A stretch of DNA of 62,256 bases, filler included, from Chiloscyllium plagiosum (GCF_004010195.1; 3 parts of one record of this genome joined end to end with filler, not necessarily neighbours in it); one strand, 5' to 3'; numbered from the whole stretch's first letter, positions 12,500 through 25,710 are shown. A program made the numbers and translations. Notes: generated from the letters alone by a model not told the origin.

Positions 12500-13950
12500 T
12501 GATGCATAAATGGCTACTCCTACTGGTATAAATCTCTCAATTGATACTGCTTCCAGCATATTTCCAGGCAGTGTATTCCAAACCTTAACTACTCACTGTG
12601 TGAAAAAGTTTCCTGTCACATCCCTTTTACTTCCTTTGAAAATTAGTTTAAATCTATGGCCTCTCATTCATAATCCTGTTATGAGTAGGAACAGTTTCTC
12701 TCTATCTACTCTATCCAGTTCTCTCAAGGTTTTGAAAACCTCAGTCAAATCTCCTCTCAGCCTTTTCCTTTCTCAGCTCCAACTTATTTAATTTCTCTTC
12801 GTAATTGAAGCTTCTCAACTCTGAAACAATTTTCATAAACTTCTTTTGCACCATCTCCATAGCATTCACTTCCTTCCTGATAATGCGGTAGCCTGAACTG
12901 CACACAGTACTCCAGCTGAGGTCTAATCAGTGCCTTTACAAGTTCAGCACAAACTCCTTGCTCTTGTTAAAGAGCAAGGATACATATTGTATCCTAGGCT
13001 GTGTAAATAAAGCCTAGGATACAATATGCTTTATTAACAGGTCTCTTTGCCTATCCTGTTACCTTTAATGACTTATGTCCATGTACACCCAGGTCTCTCT
13101 TTTCCTGCACACTGTTTAGAATAGCAACTTTTAATTTTATACTGTCCCTCCATGTTCTCGGTAGCAAAGTGTAGCATCTCTCACTTCTCTGCATTGAACT
13201 TCATCTGCTGCTTCTCTGTCCACTCCACTAACTCCAAAATGGCATTTTGAAGTTCTACACTATCCTTGTCACAGTATACAGAGCTCCCAAGTTTTGTATC
13301 TTCCCCAAACTTTCAAATAGTCCCTTGTACACCAAGGGCTAGATCATTAACATAAATCAGCATATAAATCAAGGGTCCCAAATCAACCCCTGGGGAACTC
13401 CACTACAAGCTTTCCTCCAACCTATAAAAATACCTGTTAACAATTATTATCTTTTTCCTATGTCCACCCTGCTACTACATCTTTTCATTCCATGAACTCT
13501 AACATTGTTCTGAAGTCTGTTGTGCGGCATTATGTCAAAGACCTTTTGGAAGTCCTTGTACATCAAATCAACAGCATAACCCTCATTAACCCCTCTCTGA
13601 TGCCTCTTCAAAGACTCCCGGTTTGCTAAAAAATTATTGTCACTGAGGAAACCCATGCTGTCTCCCCTTACACACATTTCCATGTCACCATTAATTTTAT
13701 TCAGATTCATTGTTTCTCAAATTGAAATTAACTGCTCTGTAATTGTTGGTTTATCCTTACACTCTGTCTTGAATAATTGTAAAAATTTTTCTTTTCTCCA
13801 CTCTGGTGGCACCTCTAGGCTAAGAAAGAATGAAATTTTGACCAGTGCCTCTGCAATTTCCATTCCTGCTTCCTTTAGTATTCTCAGTTATATGCATTTG
13901 GTCCCAATGCTTTGCCAGCTATAAGTACAGTCTATCCAATACCTCCCCCT
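12500..13950 (-). mobile_element. Older CR1 LINE RT/3' fragment
   Basis: ORF 13447..13710 VDLMYKDFQKVFDIMPHNRL (RT motif YxDFxKAFD); downstream CR1 3' words. Confidence 0.8.
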
Positions 13951-14139
13951 TTCCATCCAGTGAACTCTGGATTAATTTATCCTTTGAGGGACTATATCTT
14001 ACCTATTATTAAGACATCTCTTCTTTGAAGGTAGACCGCTGTTCAGCTACAGGTTTTCCTGCAGTATGTCCCAGCCAGCTCTGTTTTTCTCACTGGAGTC
14101 AACCATGTCCCAGTTAATGATTTTTATTCTGTTTTATTA

Positions 14140-14710
14140 CTCTGTGTCAGGATGGAAATGGCTTGGAGAAGAGCCTGCAGCTAGTGGTATTCCCATGTAT
14201 TAGTTACCCTTTTCCTTGATGGCATTGATCATGGCTTTGGCAAGTACTTTGTAAGGACCCTCAGTGAATTTGTGCAGCACATTTTGTAGATGGCACAAGT
14301 TGCTGCTACTAAACATCGGTAGTGGAAGGATTGAATCTTTGTGGCTGTCATGCCAATCAAGCAAGATGTTTTATCCTGGATAGTGTCAAGTTTCTTGAAT
14401 ATCATTGGAGCTGCACTCAATCAGACAATTGGGGAGTATCTCTTCACACTCCACATTAGATTGTAGACAGGCTTTGGGGAGTAAGGACCTGAGTTACTCA
14501 CCACAGGGTTCTTAACCTCTGACCTGCTCCTGTAGCCATAGTATTTATAAAGCTGTTCCAGTTAAGTTTTTGCTGAATGGTAACCCCCCTCCCCATGAGG
14601 AACATGTCAGATTCAGTGATGGTGATGCCATGGAATGTCAAGAGGCAATGGTTAGATTCTTTCTGCTTGAAAATGATCAATACCTGGCATTTTGCCAAAT
14701 GAATATCACT
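14140..14710 (-). mobile_element. CR1/L2-clade LINE 3' fragment (second family, 'LDTIQDKAACLIG' type)
   Basis: ORFs 14229..14420 (KKLDTIQDKTSCLIG...CAIYKMCC) and 14498..14698 (QKLNWNSFINTMATGAGQRL); same family at 18200-18680, 38790-39200, 49530-51700 and 60130-60680. Confidence 0.75.
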
Positions 14711-15454
14711 TGTTCATTGTTCTTCTCCACTGTCAGAGACCTTATGATATGGTGACCAATACCCCATCAATGTCATTTGATCTACTGGGCCCACCTCATT
14801 CCCAAGAACCAGGTCAATCAGTGCTTCTTCACTCCTTGAGCTGCTGCAGAAATTCTCCTGTTTACATTCTTGCTTGGCCTCTCTGCCATTTACACTGTCA
14901 CTATCTCAATCTACTTCCAGTTACTTAGGTCTCCCATTATGACAACTCTATAATATTTAATAATGAACCCTCTGTGACATTCTGTTTCTCCAGCATTGCA
15001 TTGTCCTCCTTAATGAACACTGCAATTCCTCTTCTTGCATTCCTGAACAGGAATATTTAACCAGTTATGTTGTTCTTTGAGCCAGGTCACTGTTATAGCT
15101 ATAAACACCACCTTAATTCCACATTTACCACCTGTGCTTTCAGTTTATCAAATCTCATTTATTGTATGCAATACATTCACAAACATCCTGTTTTAGAATA
15201 TTTTAATTGATTAACTGTTCTCTATTATAGTGCTAATTGTCACTGCAAGTATTTTGCAAAGAAGATCCTTTGCAGCCAACAAACCTCAAGTTTATTCATG
15301 AGGAAGCCCATGATTTTCCTTGTGGGTTTTGTGGCTTCGTTAAAGTAATTGGAACATTTTGAGAATCAAGCATGGTCTTATTTATCTAGTCTTGCTCCAT
15401 TTGTATATGTTAAGTGAGAAACCTAGTCAGAAATACTGCAAAGGAGAAATTCTG

Positions 15455-15590
15455 CTGAGGCTGGCAATCTGAAATAAAAACCTGAAATGCTGGAAGTACT
15501 CAGCCGTTTGGGCAACATCTGTGGAGAGAGAAACAGTTAAGGTTTTCGGGTGGATAACGTTTCATCAAATGAATGGTCATTGATCCAACT
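15455..15590. mobile_element. Degenerate PLE-terminus-derived short element
   Basis: gctggcaatctgaaataaaaacctgaaatgctggaagtactcagc...gcaacatctgtggagagagaaacagttaa; decayed hammerhead-like core on the minus strand. Confidence 0.5.
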
Positions 15591-16204
15591 CAATTGAATT
15601 GAATTTTAGTTCCAGGATCCAATTGTGGCACTCACCTAAATTCAAGGGCACTAGAAAAGATTTTTAGTTAGGCGGCCAAACTAATTAGGCTGTGAGGTCC
15701 AATAGGATCTCCAAGGCTGTGGATGGCTGGCACTCTGTGAGTTGCTAGCTGTAGGATGGTGACCATAAATGCGCGACAGAATAGAGGCAGCCTCAGAAGT
15801 CTTGTAAATGGTGTAAACTGTACTGTGGCCACCCACCACTGCCAAGCCATTCACGCTGAGAAAAGCATATTTCCCAGGATACTGCAGTCATGAATCTCAT
15901 GACCCACTGACCCATGTTCAGCTGCTTTGCGGGATGTGCCTTTAATTGCTGTGGCCTACAGTCATTGGATTGCCAGTACTCAGTCAATGAACTCCAGCCA
16001 GATTGTGGGATCTTGGCTGTTAACTAGTAAACTCACACGGTGTATGAATTCCCTTCACTTCAATCAGTCACCCTTCAGTTCCCCCAGAACCTCCCTGAAA
16101 ATATGCTAGAGGCAGGAACATGCAGATAGAGGAAATAAATTAGTTGATAGTAAGACATTGTTGACATGCCTGACTCCAGCTCAGGATAAATACTCAAACT
16201 TAGT

Positions 16205-17395
16205 ATTTGTGAGGCCTTCAACAAGGTCCCGCATAGTAGATTGGTTAGTAAGGTTGGATCACATGGGATCCAGAGAGGGCTAGCCAAGTGAATACAAAAT
16301 TGGCTTGATGGTAGGAGACAGAGGGTGGTGGTAGAGGGTTGTGGACCAGTGGTGTGCCACAAGGATTCAGTTTGGTTTCACAGGGCGGCGCAACATCGAG
16401 GGCTGAAGGGCCTGTACTGCACTGTAATATTCTGTGTTTTGTGATTGGTGCTGGGTCCATTGTTGTTCGCCATTTAGATAAACGATTTGGATGAGTATAC
16501 AGGACGCATCGTTAGTAAGTTTGTGGATGACACCAAAATTGGTGGTATACTAAACAATGACAAAAGTTATCAAACCATACAACAGGATCTTCATCAACTG
16601 GGTCAGTGGGTCAAGGAATGGAAGATGGAGTTTAACTTACATAAATGTGCCGTGTTGCATTTTGGTGAAACAAGCCAGGGCAGGACTTATGCAGTTAATG
16701 ATGGGACTGTGGAAGTCTTGTCAAGCAGAGAGACCAAAGGGTGCAGATACATAGTTCCTTGAACATGGCGTCACATGTAAACAAGGTGGTGAAGAAGGCA
16801 TTTGGCAAGCTTGCCTTTATTGGTCAGAGCATTGAGTATAGGAGTTGGGCTGTACAAGATGTTGATAAAGTCACATTTGAAGTACTGCATGTAATTCTGA
16901 TCATTCTGCTACAGGATGGATGTTATTAAACTGAAAAGGGTACAAAATAGATTTACAAGGATGTTACCGAGACTGGAAGGTTTGAGTTATAAGGAGAGGC
17001 TGGATAGGCTGGGACTTATTCCCTGGACTGTAGGAAGCTGAGGGGTGACCTTGAAGTTGTATATAAAATCATGAGAGGTATAGATGAGATGAATAGACAA
17101 AGTCTTTTCCCCAGGGTAGACAGTCCAAATTAGAAGGCACAAGTGCTTTAAAAGGGACCTGAGGGCAACTGCTTCACAGAGGGTGGTGCGTATATGGAAC
17201 AAGCTGTCAGAGGAAGTGGTAAAGGCGGGTGCAATTACAATATTTAAAAGACATTTGGACGGGTACATGGATAGAAAAGGTTTAGAGGGACATGGGCCAA
17301 ATGCAAGCAAATGGGACTAGTTCAGTTTAGAAAGCCAAGTCGACATGGATGATTTAGGCCGAAGGGTCTGTTTTTTTGCTGTATGACTCTGACTT
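16205..17395 (+). mobile_element. CR1 LINE RT to 3' end, with a short CR1-tail insert at about 16370-16442
   Basis: KFVDDTKIGG, WKMEFNLHKC, KKAFGKLAFIGQSIEYRS; ends with the ggccgaagggtctg...ctgtatgactct tail. Confidence 0.9.
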
Positions 17396-17657
17396 TATCC
17401 CTTCTTCAGGAATGAGGAAAGTTGGTCCAGCAGGCTAAGATAAAAGATAGGGAGGAGGGACTTGGGGGAGGGACGTCGGAAATGTGATGGGTGGAAAGAG
17501 GTCAAGGTGAGGGTGATATGTCAGACTGGGGTGGGGGCGGAGAGGTCGGGAAGAAGATTGCAGGTTAGGAAGGTGGTGCTGAATTTGATGGATTTGACTG
17601 AGACAGGCTGGGGGGAGGGGAAATGAGGAAACTGGTGAAATCCGAGTTCATCCCTTG
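17396..17657 (-). mobile_element. PLE family A 3' terminus (runs into a gap)
   Basis: cccttcttcaggaatgagg...caggctaagataaaagatagggaggagggacttggggg; reverse complement of the PLE 3' region also seen at 24546-24742 and 60894-61208. Confidence 0.8.
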
Positions 17658-17927
17658 NNNNNNNNNNNNNNNNNNNNNNNNNNNNNNNNNNNNNNNNNNN
17701 NNNNNNNNNNNNNNNNNNNNNNNNNNNNNNNNNNNNNNNNNNNNNNNNNNNNNNNNNNNNNNNNNNNNNNNNNNNNNNNNNNNNNNNNNNNNNNNNNNNN
17801 NNNNNNNNNNNNNNNNNNNNNNNNNNNNNNNNNNNNNNNNNNNNNNNNNNNNNNNNNNNNNNNNNNNNNNNNNNNNNNNNNNNNNNNNNNNNNNNNNNNN
17901 NNNNNNNNNNNNNNNNNNNNNNNNNNN
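17658..17927. other. Assembly gap (270 N)
   Basis: N run. Confidence 1.
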
Positions 17928-18037
17928 CGTAGTGTTAGGTATAGGGGTAAATGTAGGGGTATGGGTGGGTTACGCTTCGGCGGGTCGGTGTGGACTTGTT
18001 GGGCCGAAGGGCCTGTTTCCACACTGTAAGTAATCTA
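17928..18037 (+). mobile_element. HE1 SINE 3' part
   Basis: cgtagtgttaggtataggggtaaatgtaggggtatgggtggg...gggcctgtttccacactgtaagtaatct. Confidence 0.8.
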
Positions 18038-18199
18038 AAATTTCCATCTCTGATCTCCAGCATCTGCAGACCTCACTTTCTCCTCTATGACTTTATACAT
18101 GCCTGGACCTTGTCTAAAGGCCTATTTGATTTTCAGCAGTCGACATACATCCACTAGTGAATCTTAACAAGAAGAAGCTCTTCGATGAGGTGAAACACA

Positions 18200-18680
18200 A
18201 CTCCACTTGCCTGGATGAATGTAGCTACAACACTCAAGAGACTTGACCCTATCCAGGACAAAGCAGTTTGTTTGATTGTCACTGCATCTGCAAACATTCA
18301 CACTCACCTCCACCAATGCTCAGTAGCCGCAGTCTATACCATCTACAAAATGCGCTGCCAATTAAACCAAGACTCCTTAGCTAGTACCTCCAAACCCATG
18401 ATCACTTCAGCTTGAAGGACAAGGGCAGGGGATACATAGGATTACCACCACTTGCAGGTTCCCCTCAAAGCAATTCACCATCCTGGCTTGGAAATATATG
18501 CTGACCCAGTGTTGCTGAGTCAAACTCCTGCAACTCACTCCCTAACAGTTCATCGGGTATACCTACATCAAGTGGACTGCAGCAGGTCAAGAAGGCAGCT
18601 TACTGCCACCTTTTCAAGGTCATTTGGAGAAGGGCAATTGATGCTGGCCCAGCCAGTGAAGCTTACACATTAATTAAAAA
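18200..18680 (+). mobile_element. CR1/L2-clade LINE 3' fragment
   Basis: ORF 18215..18415 LKRLDPIQDKAVCLI...AAVYTIYKMRC. Confidence 0.75.
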
Positions 18681-18699
18681 ATAATTAGGATGATGCCCA

Positions 18700-19020
18700 A
18701 AAAAAAATTAATGATCTATCATTCAAAGACATTGTGACCGATCTGATAGCACTCCACTCCACTTCTTTTCCCACTAAACCTTGATTCCCACTATGAGTAA
18801 AAATCTGTCTGCTGAATACGCTCAGTGACCCAGTCTCGATAGCCCTATGTGGAAAAGATTTCAACAGATTCACTACTGTCTCAGAAGAAATTCCTCGTCT
18901 ACTCTGATCTACTCTGAAATGATGCCATCTGGTCCTCAATTCTCCCATGAGAAATAACCTCTTCAAATCCATCCTGTCAAGTCCCCGAAGAATCTTGTAT
19001 GTTTCAGTGAGGTTTTCTCT
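18700..19020 (-). mobile_element. CR1 3' fragment
   Basis: ORF 18685..19023 RENLTETYKILRGLDRMD...LRTRWHHF. Confidence 0.75.
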
Positions 19021-19109
19021 CACTCAGATGAAAGCAGGATTTTGCTTTCCTGAGGACAACTGAAATCAAAACTGCACAGTCCATGTAGTTTGAAGAATTT
19101 AGATTTCTA

Positions 19110-19300
19110 TCACATCTTTCACAACATCAGGATGTCCCAAAGTGCTTTACATCCAAAGGAGTATCTTTGAAGTGCATTCACTATTCTAATGTAGGAAACG
19201 CTAAAGTTAATTTGCTAACATCAAGGTCCTGAAAACAGTAATCACCTAATTAGATTGTTTCACTCAGGTTGTTTGAGGATTAAATAAGGTCAAGGCACTG
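19110..19300 (-). mobile_element. Deu-domain (AmnSINE/SacSINE-like) SINE remnant
   Basis: caggatgtcccaaagtgctttaca...ctttgaagtg...aatgtaggaaac resembles the Deu-SINE core; similar shorter words at about 4684-4740 and 54220-54300. Confidence 0.5.
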
Positions 19301-20652
19301 CTTCTTGTAAAGTGTGCATCTTGTTCATCGGTTTACAGTGAGTCTTCAATCTATAGCAATATTAAAGACTAAGTTGTTATCTAACTATAGCTTGTGATCC
19401 AAACTATTTCCACTTGGATTGCTATCAGTTTCCCTGCAAACCCCAACAGTGTTACCTTAGTGTTATTTACATAGAATTGACAAGTGCGCTCAATTAAAAA
19501 ATGATACATTAATTTGTTCAAATATAGTTTACGGTACTCTCATCTGAGTGAATAACATACCACATTCAAGTTGTTGTAATTTGGTCTTTTTGAAAACCAT
19601 AACAGTTATGTAACTTATGAGATTTTGAATTCACATGTAAATTCTCTCCAGGTTTTATCTGCTATTCTGTCACTAGAAATGGGGGTCACTATTTAAAAAT
19701 GAAGGGTTGTTCATTAAAAAGAAAGGCGGGTTCATTTCTCTCAGATGGACAGGGGTCTCAGAGCTCTCATCCTCAAAAGGTAGTGCAAATAGTATCTTTC
19801 AACATTTTTAAGACTGCGGTGGATAGTTTCTTTATAAACTTCCTGTTTATCAGGGCTGGGCAGGAATGTGAAATAGTCAGACCACCATGATCGTATAGAA
19901 TAAGGGAGCAGGGTTAAGAGTCCAAATGGCTTCCTCCAGCTTGAATCTATATGTTTATGCCTTACGATCTTCCTTTCTGGAAACATGCTGTAGGAAGTGA
20001 ATGTGATATATAAGTTAAATTTAGCAGTTCAATTGATCAATACTGATTACTGTTCTTCATTAATAGAACATTTGTATTTAATTGCAATGTAGATTTAATT
20101 TGTATAACAAACAAAAGTCACTTTTTTAAAAAAAGATTGGTTCGATCAGATGAAATGGGAGATGTGATTGGACTGTACTTAAGGACAGGGATTCGTTGAG
20201 TGTTAGTCTGATAAACTGATTTGCAGGTAAGTTTCAGAAGCTGTTAACATGCACTGCATATAAATTTGTAAATATATTGTTTATATTGATCACATTCATC
20301 TGGTTTTGAGCATCAATCATGGTTTATTCCAGGACACAGCAGTTATTGAGAAATGTGGCTGCTTGGAGGAATCCATTTGTGTAATTGCATCTGTTTATGT
20401 TGTGGATTTTGTAAACTGTATCCTCACCCAGCAGAATTTTATACTTTATTTAAAGAAGAGGAATGAATAATAATAATAAATATGCATTATCTATGTTCTG
20501 GGCATTGAAGATAACTTGCTTCCCAAATCTTGAAACCAGTTTTCCTGATCAATGTCAACAATGCACCATAGAGTAATTTACTTTGCTTCAACATGATACA
20601 CTAATAATGTGTTTAACCTTTTTTACTTCTAATGCTGTCATCTGTTTTACAG

Positions 20653-20829
20653 GAAACAGCAGCAGGTTTCAGCTGACCCCTGTCACAGCAGTGAGTGTTC
20701 ATCTCTTGAATAGTGATGGAACTGAAATCCAAGTGAACGGTCCCATCTGTGTGACCATTCCCCTGCCAGCCAAAAGCTCCTTGAAGCCGAATGATGCTCT
20801 CCCAGCATGGAAGTTTGATAAGAAAATTG
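20653..20829 (+). CDS. FAM171A1: FAM171A1 internal exon (177 bp, phase 1-1)
   Basis: Acceptor tgttttacAG, donor G|GTAAGC; (G)NSSRFQLTPVTAVSVHLLNSDGTEIQVNGPICVTIPLPAKSSLKPNDALPAWKFDKKIG, matching the recalled LTPVTAVSVHLL...GPIYVTVPL...AWRFDQKLG. Confidence 0.93.
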
Positions 20830-21389
20830 GTAAGCCATCCAGATAATTTGTCAATATTTTGAAGACTGAAGACGGGAGAGCTAACTAATTGTCTGTTCTC
20901 CAAGTGCAGTGCCAGGATATTACACAAGGTTCTGTTTTTGTTTTTCTTCTCGAAAGCTTTTCTTGGCAAGTAAAACACAAAAGATATTGTTCTTGTCTTT
21001 TGTGTAAGTTTGTTTATTTCCATCTAATGTGTGCTGTTTTTGGTAGTTCTATTTCTTTTTATCCCATTTTCTGAAAACACGTACCTGTGTTATGCAATTA
21101 TTAAGATTAGTCTTTGAATTAGTCCACAAATAATTCTATCCTCAAATGTTTCTTTTCACTGCTAATTGTGCTGTTCATGCAGGTTTTACAGTGACTATGT
21201 AGTCTTGCCCATTACTGAAAGCTGTTAAGCTCACAAATCCTTGGTGAGAAACTTAAGTGTGCTTGGCCATATAAACAGGACTCTGCCATTTAGTTCCTTG
21301 AATGAGACCATGACTGATCTATGAGCTAACTCCATGCAGCTATCTCTACCCAGGTTTCTATAAAGACCTCTAACTTACAGTGAACAATT

Positions 21390-22030
21390 AGAGTCATAGT
21401 GTCATACCATACAAAATCAGAGTGTTTGGCCCAACTCGTCCATGCTCACCAGGTTTCCTAAGCTGAACTATCCCATTTGACTGCATTTGGCCCATATCCC
21501 TCGAAACCTTTTCTATCCATGTACCAGTCTAAATGTCTTTTAAATGCTGTTAACATATTCTACCACTTCCTCTGGAAATTCCTTCCATATACGCAGCACC
21601 CTCTATGTGGAAAAAGTTGCCCCTCAGATCCCTTTTAAATCTTTCCTGTCTCACCTTAACCAATGCCCTGTAGTTTTAGACTCCCCTACCATGGGGAAAA
21701 GACTTTGGCTATTCATTTTATCTCTGTCCCTCATGATTTTATAAACCTCTATATGATCTCCCCTCAGCCTCCTACACTCCAGGGAAAAAGCGTCCCAGCC
21801 TATCCAGCCTGTCCTTATAACTCAAACCCTCCAATCTTGTTGATATCCTTGTAAACCTTTTCTGCACCCTTCCCACTTTAATAACATCTCTTCTATAGCA
21901 GGGCAGCCAGAATTGTACGGAGTACTCCGAATCTGGCCTTACCAATGTCCTGTACAGCTGTGACATGATGCCCCAACCCTACATTCGATGCTCTGCCTGG
22001 TGAAGGCAAGCATGCTAAATGTTTTCTTCA
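21390..22030 (-). mobile_element. CR1 3' fragment with tail
   Basis: ORF 21772..21966 LYRTLVRPDSEYSVQFWLPCYRRD; starts at the tagagtcatag tail. Confidence 0.9.
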
Positions 22031-23219
22031 TCAAATCTAAAACCAACTTCCATTTGTGAAATAAGTGTTAAAAGCTTCAAGCATCTTTTCTGTGTAGAGA
22101 TGTGTCGTAATTACACATCAATATCACGTTCCTGTAGTACTCCAGGTGTGGTCTAACCTGGACTGTTATAAAGATGAAGCATGACTTGTACCCCCTGGTA
22201 TTCTACTCCACTGGATATAATTGCTCTCATTCCATTAGCTTTTTGGATTACTTTTTATACTTACATAATTTAAATGCCCTGGATCCCCAAATGTCCACTG
22301 TATCTAGCCTTTTGCCATGAAGAAGATAGCTTGTCCTGGCCTTTAAGGTCAAATGTAGATGACCTCATTTGCTTATATTGAAATCCATTTGCCACAGTTT
22401 TTCCCATTCATTTAATCTATTAATATCTATCAATTGTATAGCAAGATGCCTCACCCAGAAGGCGAAACACCAACTACTACTCACTCCCCATCAAGCATAT
22501 CTCATCGTGGGATATTTCAATGATATTGCTGATAGTTACAAAGGATTGCACTTCCGGACTGTCTCACTCGTTCTACTTTCTGAAGGAGGCTACAAGAGGG
22601 GATATTAATGAAAGAAAAGGAAAAAGATGGAATTGAAAGTGCAGTTTGAGGCATGTCCTACCATTCTTTCTTATTGAACCAATGCTTCTAGGTGTTTTAA
22701 TTAACTAAACTGTGTTGTGGTTTCATTTCTAAAATCTATAAGTCAAAACAAAACCCTGCCTGATGTTTAGTTTGGAGATTTCAATTTCTCCCTGTTATTT
22801 GCTTATCCCAGCATTCCCCTCTGGTTTGGTAAAATCATTTGCCGTGTAGATTTAGCCAATTTTTTAGATGGTAAAAGGTGTGTCAGAGATGGTGTTCATG
22901 TGCTGGTAATTTTGTATTGCATCATTATGTGTGTTTATACAGAGTTAAGACAGGCTAGGCATAAATACTTAGTTGACCTTGAAGTAATCTGCCTTCAGTT
23001 TGGCAAGTCTTCATGCTGGTTAGTCATACTTACAGGATGTAGATTTCTCAATTCTGTTTTGTTATATTTCATCATCAAACACACAAGACCTCTTTTGATT
23101 TGGTTGTGTGTCCGCCAAATGATACCTTATAATGAGGGTCCAATTAACCAATGCACAGCCATCATACAGAATCTACCGTAGACTCTCCAGGAAACCATAA
23201 TCGTATCAGCTTTTGTCAG

Positions 23220-24030
23220 TCATAGCACAGAGTACAGCACAGAAACAGACCCTTTCGTCCAACTCATCCATCCCAACCAGACATCCTAAATTAATCTAGT
23301 CCCGTTTGCCAGCAGTTGGTCCATATCCCTCTAAACTCTTCCTATTCATATATCCACACACAATATTCCAAAAGGGGCCCAACAAATGTCCTGTACAGCG
23401 CACATGACCTCCCAACTCCTATACTCAATGCTCTGTCCAATAAAGAAAAGCATACCAAATGCCTTCTTCATTATCCTATCTACCTGAGCCTGCACTTTTA
23501 AGGAAGTTTGCACTCCAAGGTCCCTTTGTTCAGCAACACTGCCCAGGATGCTTACCATTAAGTGCATAAGTTCTGCTCTGATTTGCATTTCCAAAATACT
23601 GCACCTCACATTTATCTAAATTAAACTCCATCTGCCACTCCTCAGCCCATTGGCCCATCTGATCAAGATCCAATTGTACTCTGAGGTAACCTTTTTCACT
23701 GTCCACTACACCTCCCATTTTGGTGTCATCTGCAAACTTACTAACTATACCTCCTACGTTCACATCTAAATCATTTATATAAATGACGAAAAGCAATGGA
23801 CCCAGCATCAATCCTTGTGACATACCACTGGTCACAGGCCTCCATTTCTGAAAAGTAATCCTCCACTACCACCCTCTGTCTTCTACCTTCGAGCCAGTTC
23901 TGTAACCAAATGGCTAGCTCTCCCTGTATTCCATGAGATCTAACCTTGCTAACCAGTCTACCATGAGGAACCTTGTTGAATGCCTTACTGAGGTCCATGT
24001 AGATGACGTCCTCATCAATCCTCTTTGTTA
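23220..24030 (-). mobile_element. CR1 RT/3' fragment with internal deletion
   Basis: [49 protein letters not shown]. Confidence 0.92.
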
Positions 24031-24545
24031 CGTCTTCAAAAACCTTTTACATTTAGAAATCTCCATACTGTTGAAATATTTTTTTCCCCCAGAAGGAAGT
24101 TTCTGTTTGTGTCCCAATTAAATATTTCACTTTTTATCATCTTTATTCTTCCAATAGTTGCTACTCCTAATATTTTTATATCTTTTTGACCATTCCAATT
24201 CCTTTGCTTTATGGAAAGCATTTTTATATTTATCTGCTGTTGGTGTCTTTGATGGTCTAGGTGATTCCAGTAATCTGTGCCAGTTGCCAGCTTTCCATGT
24301 GAAATTATCAGATGAAATGAGACAATTGGTTCGGCTATTAAGTATATGATGCTGAACTGTCCTTTTTAAATAATGTAAAGAGCAGGAAATGTCAATCAAA
24401 AGTGTTTTCAAGCACAGAAATACTGTATATGAAATTTCAAATGAAGCAATTTGAAGTAAAAGTTGCAATAATAAAATCGATTAACGTGCGCAGTCAGACT
24501 TCCACTGTTCTGATGAGTTTAATTGCATAGTAACTGAAATTGAAG

Positions 24546-24742
24546 AAAGCTGAAAAATGTGTTGCTGGAAAAGCGCAGCAGGTCAGGCAGCATCCAAGGA
24601 GCAGGAGAATCGACGTTCCAGGTATAAGCCCTTCTTCAGGAATGAGGAGAGTGTGCCAAGCAGGCTAAGATAAAAGATAGGGAGGAGGGACTTGGGGGAG
24701 GGGTGTTGGGAATGCGATAGGTGGAAGGAGGTTAAGGTGAGG
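24546..24742 (-). mobile_element. PLE family A 3' terminus; hammerhead core mutated
   Basis: Same terminus as 1278-1404; minus-strand core reads CTGAAGA-AGGGCTTATACCT-GGAA-CGTC, so the GAAA box is lost. Confidence 0.8.
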
Positions 24743-24842
24743 NNNNNNNNNNNNNNNNNNNNNNNNNNNNNNNNNNNNNNNNNNNNTTAATTAATTAANN
24801 NNNNNNNNNNNNNNNNNNNNNNNNNNNNNNNNNNNNNNNNNN
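24743..24842. other. Artificial 100-bp scaffold spacer (44N + TTAATTAATTAA + 44N)
   Basis: TTAATTAATTAA (24787-24798) puts stop codons in all six frames; identical construct at 46997-47096. Confidence 0.95.
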
Positions 24843-25169
24843 AATCTAATTTCATTATGATGGTTCATTATTTCCTTTGGGGGGGATGTGTTTTCAAGTT
24901 GAAAGCATGTCCTATACCTTTAAGAAAGAGTGAACGCTATTTTGCACTGAGAGCTTACAAGCTAGCAGTCTCAGAGTATACTGGAAAATCAAAAATATGT
25001 AATATTTGGCTGTGGACTAGGTACCTGAGTTGTTTTGACAACAATTCGAATTGCACCAATCAGTTTAAATTATGCACCAGGATACCAAAACCCAATCAAC
25101 TTTGAATTTATTGTTCTTGTCATCCTTGAACCAATGAGACAATCTGATGTTTGGGATATGAAGAAGCAA

Positions 25170-25710
25170 ATAAAATAAGCACTACCGCATTTAGGTGGTA
25201 GTGTGGGGGTTTTAAATAAAAAAAGAAAAAAGAAAAAAAAGAAAAAAAAGAAAAAAAAGAAAGAAAAAAAAGAAAAAAAAGAAAAAAAAGAACAGGAGTG
25301 GCGCACGGAGTGGAGTGCATCATTTAAAAAGAAGATGAAGAAGCAAAAAGATTCGTGCACTTTGTGTCTTTCACTGTGTCTCACACCTGCACACACACAC
25401 ACCATGGGTGCTGGGGAAAAAAATAAGCACTACCGCACTTAGGTGGTAGTGTGGGGGTTAAAAAGAAAAAAAAACAGGTGTGGTCCCTACCCTGAAAAAA
25501 AAAGAAGAAAAAATAAACAGGGGATTTATCTTCCTGGTGGTGGAATTTGAATAAAGATTCGTGCACTTTGTGTCTTTCACTGTGTCTCACACGTGTCTCT
25601 ACCGCACTGAGGTGGTAGTGCGGGGAAAAAAAAAGAACAGGAGTGGAGAGGTGGGCGCCGCAGGGAGTGGAGTGCATCAGTAAAAAAAAAAAGAGATAAA
25701 CAGGGGATTC
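25170..25710. repeat. Complex modular repeat with three CACTACCGC-N6-GTGGTAGTG hairpins and an A-rich microsatellite
   Basis: Hairpins at 25180-25203, 25428-25451 and 25599-25620; repeated modules aaagattcgtgcactttgtgtctttcactgtgtctcacac and gaacaggagtgg...ggagtggagtgcatc; (A7G)n at about 25218-25291. Confidence 0.8.

Noticed and set aside
17623..18033. ORFs spanning N runs (also about 41209-41720 and 47049-47432)
   Set aside because: Artefacts of translating through gaps.
20150..20233. Alternative FAM171A1 exon ending at a perfect CAG|GTAAGT donor
   Set aside because: No convincing polypyrimidine acceptor and no FAM171-like translation; isolated donors are common by chance.
24787..24798. 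TTAATTAATTAA palindrome (also 47041-47052) as a piggyBac target or regulatory motif
   Set aside because: Centred in identical 44N+12+44N blocks; a six-frame-stop contig linker, not biological sequence.
25203..25442. Lys/Glu-rich ORF and its Phe-rich antisense ORFs
   Set aside because: Translation of an A-rich microsatellite.
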